The notes beneath the pieces are model-generated. The model ran no database searches. It was given only the letters and a program-made list of their open reading frames with translations, and had not been told where the DNA came from. From assembly GCA_016748015.1 (NCBI GenBank), contig JAAOMT010000694.1, forward strand, positions 1 to 64,000: a DNA stretch of 64,000 bases. Reading direction: 5' to 3'. This document shows positions 39,294 to 49,898 of the stretch, in pieces. Position numbers and translations under genes: made by a program. How positions within the stretch are numbered: the stretch's first letter is position 1; the number at the start of each line of letters is the position of its first letter. The stretch comes from Geosiphon pyriformis uo1 (Eukaryota; Fungi; Glomeromycota).

Positions 39294-40269
39294 TGTTACC
39301 AGAGGTTTTTGGGTCTCTTTTCTTAAATGTTGTTGATGTTGATTTGCTGTGTTTTCAGGAAGTAGTTGAACTTCCAGTAATAAATTTATCTTCAAATTAT
39401 TTTCTATAATTTGAACTGCTGGGCTTATAAGTAGAATGGCCAATTCTGTGCCAGTTGCTTTGTGTAGTTACATTGTAGTAAACATCAACTCTTTCCCAGG
39501 AATTGCTCGTCTGGAAGCTCACTAAAAAATGTGTAGTTACTTTGCTGTGAAAGTCAACTCTTCTACAGGAATCTTGTCTATAGGCTACTCTAATGATTAT
39601 AATAAGAAAAATAAAAGAAAGAAAATAAAAGAAATGTAAAAAAAATAGAATTCTGTCAAGGGAAACATTTTCTATCCAGGTCTGGAGTCACTAACAGTTT
39701 AATGAAATTGGTAGCTAATTAATTTCAAAACGTTAGTTGGGTTTTGGGGATTTTCCAAATGCAATAATTAAAGAATTTGGTTTTTCAATTTATTTGATAT
39801 TTTTTTTTTTTTGTGTGTATAGGAATGATTCTAAGTGATAAATCTAAAGTAAGATATATTTTCTCAAAAAGAAAAGCTCTTCTTTTATACAACTTGTTGT
39901 AACACTATTCCATGAACTTGAACTTTGCTTTTTTTTACAATTTTGCTGAACTAAAGATACATTTCGGTAAACTACAAGTTATTTTTGTGAACTATTAGAT
40001 ATTTCAGTAAACTATCAATTATTTTGGTGAATTTCTACAAATTTCGGCAAACTTTTGAATGTTACATATTTCAGGGTATTGCATAATTGATCATCACACT
40101 TAGGTTACATTTGTGTTATGTACAAATTGGGTTATTGATTAAATGATAATTTCAGACATTTTGCTAATGTAATAAGTGATAATTTGAAACGATAATATAT
40201 GCTAATTAATGATAAGATTTATAAGAGTAATTTCATGCTAAACAATATCTCTAATTTTGTCTGGTAACA
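39294..40269 (-). repeat. 3' LTR of C
   Basis: Inverted termini tgttaccaga...tctggtaaca. Confidence 0.96.
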
Positions 40270-40957
40270 TAATTTTTTTCTTAAGACTGAGCTCCATCAA
40301 AATCCAAGTACTGTCTGTAATTTCCAGATAATAATCCAAAATTATTGAAGAAATTTGGTCTGAAAATTGTTGAAATTTCAGTTCTGTGAGCTTTCCAATG
40401 TATTGAATCTTTAAAGGCTGTAAAATTGAATTTTGTAGGACGTTTTTACAGGTGTGGAATAGGTTATAAAGTCTAAGAGCAGCTCTTAGTTTATAATGAC
40501 TGTTTGTAGGTCCAGCTGTTGTCTTGAATTTGTTGTGAAGTTGTTTCCGAATAGCTTCTTTTGTGAGGTTTGCTGCTGTAAGCTCCCATTTTCGTTTATG
40601 AAGTGTTTTTCCAATGTAGAAATATCTATATATTGGAGTATAGTCATAGTTTTCTTCATTAAGACACAGTTGAAGTTTTTGTTGAATAGTAGCATTTAGT
40701 AGAATACTAATAGGAGTGAGCATTAAGTTTTCTTTTAAAGCAAGCTTTAAAAATTCTGGCAGGTGAATTCCAGAATAACTTCTTGTGTTCTTCTTATATG
40801 GATGATATTTTTGTGAATTTGGGGCTAAATTTGTAACTACTTTTGTTTGGGTATAATTAATGTGGTTTCCAGTAACAGTAATGAATAATTTGGGTATTGT
40901 TTTTAAAGCTAACATTAGTTTTTGGGATAATTGTTGAATGTTTTGAGGAATAGTCAT
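40238..40957 (-). CDS. Family C 3' accessory ORF-X, intact at 239 aa, unknown function
   Basis: Uninterrupted ATG-initiated ORF between IN and the 3' LTR. Homolog at 63348-64000. Confidence 0.8.
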   Translation of the reverse strand: MTIPQNIQQLSQKLMLALKTIPKLFITVTGNHINYTQTKVVTNLAPNSQKYHPYKKNTRSYSGIHLPEFLKLALKENLMLTPISILLNATIQQKLQLCLNEENYDYTPIYRYFYIGKTLHKRKWELTAANLTKEAIRKQLHNKFKTTAGPTNSHYKLRAALRLYNLFHTCKNVLQNSILQPLKIQYIGKLTELKFQQFSDQISSIILDYYLEITDSTWILMELSLKKKIMLPDKIRDIV

Positions 40958-41078
40958 TATAAGAGATTTGAAAATAAAAGAAAATTATTTTTGGTGTATG
41001 AGTTTTTATGTTATTTTTGCTTTGTTTTTGTGAGATTGTTTCTAAATTATAAGGAGATAACTATAATATAAATTTAAG

Positions 41079-42464
41079 TTAAGTGTTCAAGTTGAGAGGT
41101 TGTTCAATAACAACTATTGGTTCTAAATTTCAGAAAATATCTTTGGGATTGATTAAAGGGGAATGTGTACCAATTTGTAGAATTAATAGTTCAGGATTGT
41201 TTCTGGAATTATAGTGTTTCAAACAATCTCCATGTACAACTTTTGCTAGGATTTTGTCATCAAGTCTTAGCTTGTATGATCCGTTGCCTAGGACTTTATG
41301 AATAAAGAATGATCCATCCCATTTATTTTCAAATTTTCCACTCCATTGTTTTTCAGCTTTAGTTCTGTATAAGAGAACTTTGTTTTCGATTTTAAATCCA
41401 TTGGTAACTGGAGGCAATTTGTCATCATGCCGTTCTTTTTGTTGAGCTTGGGAGTGTTTAATATGGGTGGCTGCTATTCATCGTTTTTCTTCCAACGTGC
41501 TAAGCAGAGTGTAGGCTCTTCGTTGTAGTGTTTCCTGAAGATTGTCTTTATTAATTGGTTGTACTAAATATGTTTCTATTGTAAAACTAATTGGTAATAT
41601 TGCTGTCCTTCTGTAGATTAAATCAAATAATGTGTGTTTTGTGGTATCTTGTTTTAGTGTTCTATATGCTAGTAACACTGATGGAATAAAAAGATCTCAT
41701 TCTTGCTCAAAATCAGTTGAGACTTTGGCTAATGATTCACATAATGTTCTGTTGAAACATTCTACAAGTTCATTTGTTTGTGGATGGTAGGACGAAGATA
41801 ATGGTCTCTTAACATTAAATTGTCCACAAATTTCCTGGATTAAATTGTTCACGAAATGTGTTCCTTGATCAAATAAAAGTTTTATTGAGCATCTATGTCT
41901 ACAAATGATGTTTTCATAAATGAAGTTTGCTACTGATTTTGCATCTGCTTGTTGAATGGCTCTGGCTTCAGGCCATTTGGTAAAATAGTCTACTGCTACT
42001 GCAATATAACGGTTTTCTTGGTTTGTAATAGGTAGTGGTTTGACTAAATCGATACCAACTTGGTCAAAAGGCTGTCCAACTTTGATTGGGTTTAAAGATT
42101 CTGTAGGGTGAGTTTCTCTTCTTCTTTGACAACTATTACAAGACTTAATGTATTCATGAATGTTTTTTTTCATTTGAGGCCAAAAGTAATATTCTAGTGT
42201 TCTCTGGGTGGTGCTGTCTTTTTCTAGGTGTGCTGATGAAAGGTCTAAGTGCATGTTATATAAAATGGTTTTTTTTTCATGTTCTTGTATTAATCTGAGT
42301 GGATTGTCTGGGTTTCTGAAGTTTCGATAATAAATCATGTTGTTGTGTAAGAAATATTGTTTGGCTTGTTGTTGTAACCAATGTTTTTTATCTGAGGACC
42401 AATCTGTTGGAATTGTTAATGTCTCCAAATATTGTTTAAGATTGTTGTAGTTTTCAAGGTTCAT
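41079..42464 (-). pseudogene. Integrase of C (separate ORF)
   Basis: MNLENY..., HHCC, VGIDLV, DYFTKWPEA, DQGTHF, HPQTNELVE, WDGSFFIHKVLGNGSYKL. Confidence 0.92.
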
Positions 42465-42510
42465 TTTTTGTTGTTTTGTTGTTAATTTAAATGGGTGTTG
42501 GTTTTGTATT

Positions 42511-45500
42511 CTAATTTTGCCTTATTTTTGAGAGACAATTAACATTGGTATGGAGTTTTCTTGGTTTGTGGTGTACAATATATTGGTAGTTGGCTAAAAA
42601 TTCTGTCCATCAAGTTTGTTTTGCGTTTAGCTGAGCGTTTTTGTTCTGAAGCTATTTGAGTCTAATATTATCAGTAATATTATCAAATTCTTTGGATCTG
42701 AGGTAAAGGTTGAAGTAATGTAGGGCCCAAATTACTGCTGCAGTTTCTAATTCTGTTGCAGAGTAGTTCTTTTTGGCTGGTTTCAATGTTCTGCTAGCAT
42801 AAGCAATTACTCACTCATTTCTATTGTCATTTAACTGTAATAGGATGGCACCAAAGGCAGTATAAGAGGCATTTGTTGCTAACTGGAATTGGTTGCTAAA
42901 ATCTGGGTAAGCGAGAATTGAAGCTGTCATTAGTTTTTTTTTGAGGATTTCAAATGTGTTTTGGTGTTTAGCAGTCTATTTGTATTTGACGTTTTTGGTA
43001 GTAAGCTGGTTGAGAGGTTTTGCGATTTCTGAGAATTCTTTGATAAACTTCCGATAGTAAGAGGCTAATCCTATGAATCCTCTTAGTTCTGTAGTGTTTT
43101 GAGAAGTTTTGAAGTTTTTGACAGCACTGATTTTTCCAGGGTCCAGTTTGATTCCATCTTTACTAATGATATGACCGAGGAAGGCCAAGCTTGTTTTTCC
43201 AAAGTAGCATTTTTTAATGTTAAGTTTCAGTCCTGCTTTTCATAATTGTTGAAAAACTTCTCGCAGGTGTTTTAAGTGTAATTCGAATGATGGAGAATAA
43301 ACATCAGTATTGTTAAGATAAATGACTACTGACTTCCAAAGGAGTCTTTTGTATACAATATTCATTAATCTCTGAAATATTGCTGGTGTATTACATAATC
43401 CGAAAGACATTACATTGAATTTGTAATTTTCTTCTTGAGTTGTAAATGCTGTTTTGGGACAATCTTTGGAGTCCATGGCAACTTGCCAGTATTCACTTTC
43501 TAGATCTAGTGTTGAAAAGTATTTGGCCTTTCCAAGAGCATCCAACATATCATCAATTTGGAGAAGGGGATAGGCATCTCCAATGGTGACACTGTTGAGT
43601 TGTTGATAATTAACACAAAATTGTATCTTTCCATTTTTCTTTTTAACTAAGACCACAGGTAAGACCCATGGACTCATTAATGGTTGAATAAGCCTATTGT
43701 TGAGCATCTATTGTACTTCTTCATAGATAAATTGGTGACTTTCTGAAGCAATTCGGTAGGCTTGCTGTTATCTTGGTTTGACATCTCCTATATAGATTTG
43801 GTGTTGAACCAAATCAGTTCTTTCTAAGTCATTGTTGTTTTCAGTAAAGATATTGGCAAATTCTGCAATTAGCTCTTTGAACTGGCTTTGTTGTTGTGGT
43901 TCAAGTTGTCCCATGTTGATTCGAGATAGTTTTTTTATGACAACATGGTAGTTTTTAGAGCTGTGGTTTGGGTTGATTTTTGGTAGTGAATGTCCAATAA
44001 TTTCAGAGAAATCGGGAACTGTTTGGGGTAATTTTTGTTGAAAAATATTACTGTGAATAACTCCAATTTCTAAGTTATTAAATAGAACTATGAGGTAATT
44101 ATTGGGGTTGTAAAAAGTAACTCAGACTTTCTTTGTTTCTTCTGGGATGTAAATATTTGGGATTGAGATATTATGTTTCAAGCAGATTTGTTTATTGGAC
44201 TCAAAAATTTGTTGGGTGGTTGTTGGCTTTGGGCAGATATAGATTTCGGGGTGTTTTTCAAAAGGTAAAATAGTGATTGGTTGGAGAAGGCATAAAATCT
44301 GGTAAGACTCATTCTGTTCATTGAGACCTATGTTTACTGGAACTGTAAATCGTCCAGTTGAACCAAAATCTTGTGTTCCTCTTTTGCTTTTTCCCAATTG
44401 TTCTCTTTAATTGACTAACTGTAAGCCCGAAATGTTGATTAAGAGTAAATAGATAGCTTGAGCAATTTTTTTGGCATGTTCAATTTTGAAAGGTTTATTG
44501 GTTTTATTTTAGAGTATTACTGTTATGTTACCAGTATATTCAGCATTGATTATTCCTCCTTTGACATTGATTTCTTTGCTTGTTAAAGAAGACCAGGAGG
44601 CAATTTGAACCATTGCTCCTGGCAGGATTTCGAGGGCAATTTTGAGATTGGTTTTTGTAAGAGATTTGGGTTTGAGAACAAGAGTATCCTTGTCTGGATA
44701 TTTTAGGTCATATCTAGCATCAATTTCATATGTTTTTTCAGGTTTTATTCCTTGTCCGTTGTTGTTGAAGTATTTGAGTTGTAAGGCAGACTGATTTTCA
44801 ATGAGATAGATAGGTGTTGCTTTAATTTCTTCTGTTGCTTTAGGTTCTCCAAATTCAATTTCGTTTTCATTGTTTTTACTGGGCAGGAGAATGCTAAAAG
44901 CATAGCATTTAGAGCACTATTGCTTATCGCAAGGCATTATGCATTCTTCACACAATTTAATGTTCATTTGCTCTAGCCGTTGGGCTTAAGCTTCTTTGGT
45001 TGGATAAGTGTGACTGGCAATTTGGTGATATACTTCTACTTTATTTTTGTAGTTGTATCTAGCGATTTCAAAGATGTATGCAATGTATTCTGATTTTTTC
45101 ATTTGACAACATTTTTTTGAGTGGCTCTGTTGATTAAAGCCATTGCTAGATCGAAAATCATTTTGGTATTGTGAGGGTAATAGTACAGTTTGTTGAAGGT
45201 GCTGTTGTAAGCAGCATTAAAAGAAGTTCCTCTTATTACTTTTTCTGAGATTAAAAGGGCATATTGACATGTTTGATTGCAGACTCCTCCTCTGAATGTA
45301 ACATCAATCCAGTCGCATTCATCAGGTAATTGTTTTCCACAAGTCAAACAGGGTGTTCTGTCCCATTTTTTACTTCTTTTGACTAAATGTCCCCATTGTT
45401 CTTGGTGACAGGATTTGCAATAGTAATAGGTATGGTTTCTGTATTTTTCCTCGGGTGAAATACAAGCTCCTATTGATGAGAGTTTCTTGTGGCAATCTTT

Positions 45501-48110
45501 GTATTTGAGTGAAATGTAAGAGTGTTGTTTTCGTGGTTCTGGTTTTAAATAGGGGACATTCCATTCAGGTGTCACTGGTTTTTTTGTTTCAAGAGAATTG
45601 TTTGTTGAAAAATACTGTTGTTCAGTTTCATCAGCCCAATTGGAGGTTGATCCAAGTGCCATAAATGTTTCAATGATGAGTTTTTCTTCTTCCAGTTCGA
45701 ATTCAAAAGCCAGGGCTTTTTTGGAGTGTTTGTTGAATGTACTACAAGTGGCAAGTATCTGGGCGTGTTGTCTTTGGTAGGAGATTGTTAACTCTTGTGT
45801 CTCCCAATTTAGATTAGCATTGGCTTTTTGGAGTCAATCATTTTTGACGAGAGCTTGGTATTGGGGAGCATTCATGACCAGAACTTTGACTAGAATAATG
45901 ATTCCATCAATTGTAAATGGAAAGTTGTTAATTTCTCTTACTAGAGTTTTTTTCATGCCATTGGCAGTGATAATTACTGTCTGAACTGGTCAGTCAACAT
46001 TTTTTTTTAACTGTTGTATCAACTGGTAGGTGATGATGCTTCCAGCAGATCTACTGTTTAGAATCAAGCAAATTGTCTTTCCTTTGACTTCTGCTTCAGT
46101 GTACATAGCAGTGATTGCTTTTTGTTTGTTGGTGGCTGCATTGCTAAGCAGGAATGATGACTCATTTGCTTCGAACTCAAAAGGAAATATATCTAAAAGA
46201 TTGGCATTTTTAGCAATTCTGGCTGGTGGGATTGTGATAGGAGTATAGAAAGGGTTTTGTTATTGTGCTGCAGCTCTACCTTCTGAGAGTGCAGTATGGC
46301 AAAAATCCTGTTCTTCTGGCATCATAATATAACTAGATTGAGTATAATAGTGGTTGGGTCTATGTTGATTCGAATTTTGAGTGGTTAATTGGTTGTTGGA
46401 ATTTAATCTGTTGTTGTTTGTTGGAAAACGGTTTTATGATATAAATTGATTATGTTGAACCAATCTTCTAGCTGGTACTTGATATTGTGGTGTAGATGGT
46501 TGTTGATACTGTTGTTAAATTAGTTGTGGAGCAAGTTGATAATAGTGGTTTGAATATTGTGGTCATGGTAAATATTGAGCTGGTGGTGATGGATAATATG
46601 ATTGTTGTGGTTGGGAATAACATTGATTATTTCTCTGTTGTTGGTCTTGTTGCAATTTTCTACAATCGCATTTCTAGTGTCCTGAAATTCTACAATAATG
46701 ACAATTTTGGATTTGGTTGTTGGATGGTGGTCTAAAGTTGTTTTGATTGCATCATTGTGGGGGTTAGTATCTTTGTGGTTGTTGTAATTGCTGTGGCAGC
46801 TGTTGTTGCTGTTGGTTGGTAAAGTAGTTTTCAACTTTCTTGGTTAATTGGTCAATTTTTTTTTTAGCTGCTGAGCTGGTTTTGCCAATAGCCAGGTTAA
46901 TAAGTTTGGTATGGTTGGCTTCTTTCATGGCCATTTCATAGTTTTTTGCCTGTTGAATAGCAGTGGCTAAATCTTCTGGTGCATGTGGACAAACTTTCTT
47001 GATAAGTTTGTCTTTTAGTCCAGTAATGAATTAATCCAAGATTTGTGTATTGGAGTAGCATTTATTGGTTTCCAATTGGCAAATTCTTCTAAGCAGTTTG
47101 TTGAATTTCTCAAGATAGGTCATAACTGATTCACTTGGTTCTTGCTTGATATTTCAGAACCAATTTTAAAGGGTAATGGAAGTGTTATTATCAGTAAACT
47201 GTTCTAGAAAAGCAGTTTTGAATGCTTCCCAGTGTTCTGGTGGGGCTTTTAAGTTTTCAAACCATTCACCAGCTGTTCTTTGTAAGAAGTATAGAATTGC
47301 TTTTAACATTCTGGCAGCATTTCAACCATTTGCATCTCCTGCTTTTGAGACTTTGTCAAGCCATTCTTGAGGACTGGTTTCACTGTCTTCTCCTGTGAAC
47401 TTAGAGATTTTTGCAATATATGTGGAGGCCATTTCTTCTTCATTTTCTGAGTCTTCTGTTTCTTGTTCTAATTCAGTCTCTTCACTTCGATTTTCTGCTA
47501 AGTAGTCAATAAGGTTTGTGCTGGTTAATATTGGTTCCTATTGTTGAATAGGGCTTTTGGGTGACTGAAAATCTTCTATTCTTGAAAACTAAATAAGTGG
47601 TGAGTTTGGTATTTGTGGTTGAGCAAGTGAAGCTAGAAATGGTGTGATTGAGAGTGGTAATTTAAAGCTGGTTCCTTGTTCTGGAGTTTGTAAATGTTTG
47701 GCAGTGGTTTTAGGTATATTGGAAGTAGTTCTGAGTTTTTGTTTCCTTTTTCCTTTTTTTTCTTCTGTTTCTGATTCAAAACCAAGAGAAAATTTCTGTT
47801 CTACTGGGTAATTTTCTTCACAATACTGAATGATATTGAAGTTGAGTTCTTGGAAATATGTTTCAAGTGTTTAACTGTTAAAATCCTGAGTGTTTAGACG
47901 AGAGTGATGTACTAAGCTTTCATATAAGTTGTGTCTAACTTCTGAAATGTTGTAGTCTCCAAAAAGATAATTGTTAATACGATTTTCAATGTACTGGTAA
48001 AATGTTTTCTTGAATGTTTCAATTCTGTCTGGAATGTTAAATCTCTGCTTGCAGTGGGTGTAGATTGACTGATAATACTCTAGAGTTCTTGGATCTGTTT
48101 GAGTCACCAC
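42511..48110 (-). pseudogene. gag-pol of C (capsid, CCHC, protease, Cys-rich domain, dUTPase, RT, RNase H), apparently a single frame
   Basis: KFTGED...EWLDKV, CYYCRISGH..KCDC, LILNSRS, FSTLDL, GFIGLASYYRKFI. Ends LSKIRQN*. Confidence 0.9.
44352..44748 (-). pseudogene. dut: dUTPase domain in C pol
   Basis: ARYDL, SSL, GGIINAEYTG, KIAQ, RGTQDFGSTG. Confidence 0.88.
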
Positions 48111-48156
48111 TTTTGAAGTTGTTGTTGCTGTGTTATTTCTATGAGAGAGCACCAAA

Positions 48157-49132
48157 TGTTACCAGAGGTTTTTGGGTCTCTTTTCTTGAATGTTGTTGAT
48201 GTTGATTTGCTATGTTTTCAGAAAGTAGTTGAACCTCCAGTAATAAATTTATCTTCAAATTATTTTCTATAATTTGAACTGCTGGGCTTATAAGTAGAAT
48301 GGCCAATTCTGTGCCAGTTGCTTTGTGTAGTTACATTGTAGTAAACATCAACTTTTTCCCAGGAATTGCTCATCTGGAAGCTCACTAAAAAATGTGTAGT
48401 TACTTTGCTGTGAAAGTCAACTCTTCTACAGGAATCTCATCTGTAGACTATTCCAATGATTATAATAAAAAAAATAAAAGAAAGAAAATAAAAGAAATGT
48501 AAAAAAAATAGAATTCTGTCAAGAAAAACGTTTTCTATTCAGGCCTGGAGTCACTAACAGTTTAATGAAATTGGTAGCTAATTAATTTCAAAACGTTAGT
48601 TGGATTTTGGGGATTTTCCAAGTGCAATAATTAAAGAATTTGGTTTTTCAATTTATTTGATATTTATTTCTTTTTGTGTGTGTAAGAATGATTCTAAGTG
48701 ATAAATCTAAAGTAAGATATATTTTCTCGAAGAGAGAAGCTCTTCTTTTATACAACTTGTTGTAACACTATTCCATGAACTTGAACTTTGCTTTTTTTTA
48801 CAATTTCGCTGAACTAAAGATACATTTTGGCGAACTACAAGTTATTTCTGTGAACAATTAGATATTTCAGTAAACTATCAATTATTTTGGTGAATTTCTA
48901 CAAATTTTGGTGAACTTTTGAATGTTACATATTTCGGGGTATTGCATGATTGATTATCGCACTTAGGTTACATTTGTGTTATATACAAATTGGGTTATTA
49001 ATTAAATGATAATTTCAGACATTTTGCTAATGTAATAAGTAATAATTTGAAACGATAATATATGCTAATTAATGATAAGATTTATAAGGGTAATTTTATG
49101 CTAAACAATATCTCTAATTTTGTCTGGTAACA
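48157..49132 (-). repeat. 5' LTR of C
   Basis: About 95% identical by eye to 39294-40269. Confidence 0.96.
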
Positions 49133-49891
49133 CCAGTTTGAAAACAAGTTCAGAACCCTAATCTTGATATCCAAGTGGTGCATAGAATTAGAAAGAAGAA
49201 CTCAAGGTCTAGGAAAAGTAGTAACTGAATATGCCAAAGCAATCAGAAAGTTAATCAAATGAGTAAACTTTAGAAGAAACTGGACAGAAAAACAAAAGAT
49301 TCATTCCTTTACAAAAGAATTGAGAACCAACTTATCCTATGCTCTTTGGTCTCTCTTGGCTTTAAAAGATAATCCTACAATGGATATGGCCATTGAACTT
49401 GCCCAAAAAATTGAAGACAACTAAAAAATGCACTTGGGATCCACACTTCCAGTTTTTGCTCCTGCTCTTGTTATGGCTTCTGCTTCCCAAATGGCTGCTA
49501 CTTTTTTTGCTGCTCAAACTCAAGACCCAAATAAACAGTTGATAGATAGACTCACAGCAAATCTTGCTTGGCTATTAGAACTATTAGCCCAAGCAGTCAG
49601 AGATAACCAGCAAATCCAAAGACCCAGATTTGAGTCACATTTCAATCAGCCTCAGCAACCATCTTATCAAAGACAACAAAATTGTGGCCCACTTGTGTGC
49701 TATTACTGTAGATTAACTGGACATTTTTCAAAAGATTGCAACAATCTTCCCTTATCCCTTCCAGCTTTCAGAAACAATGATAACCAAAACAACAGAACTA
49801 TTAACAACAACGTCTTCAATCAAAGACCTAATCATGCCAATATCAATTTCTTTGGAGAGAATCCCCTAGTTGAAACCACTGTTTATCAGCT

Positions 49892-49898
49892 TTTAAAC
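49892..49898 (+). promoter_or_regulatory. -1 ribosomal frameshift slippery site T TTA AAC (gag-pol junction, family A)
   Basis: In the correct phase two codons before the gag stop. The -1 frame is open into the protease ORF. Conserved at 5547-5553. Confidence 0.8.

Larger units (their letters stand above)
39294..49132 (-). mobile_element. Complete Gypsy family C element, TSD CCAG; youngest layer of the nest
   Basis: Two 976-bp LTRs. CCAG at 39290-39293 and 49133-49136. PBS next to 48156 and purine tract next to 40270. Confidence 0.96.

Noticed and set aside
40238-40957. env gene
   Set aside because: Short, with no evident signal peptide, transmembrane helix or furin/fusion motif.
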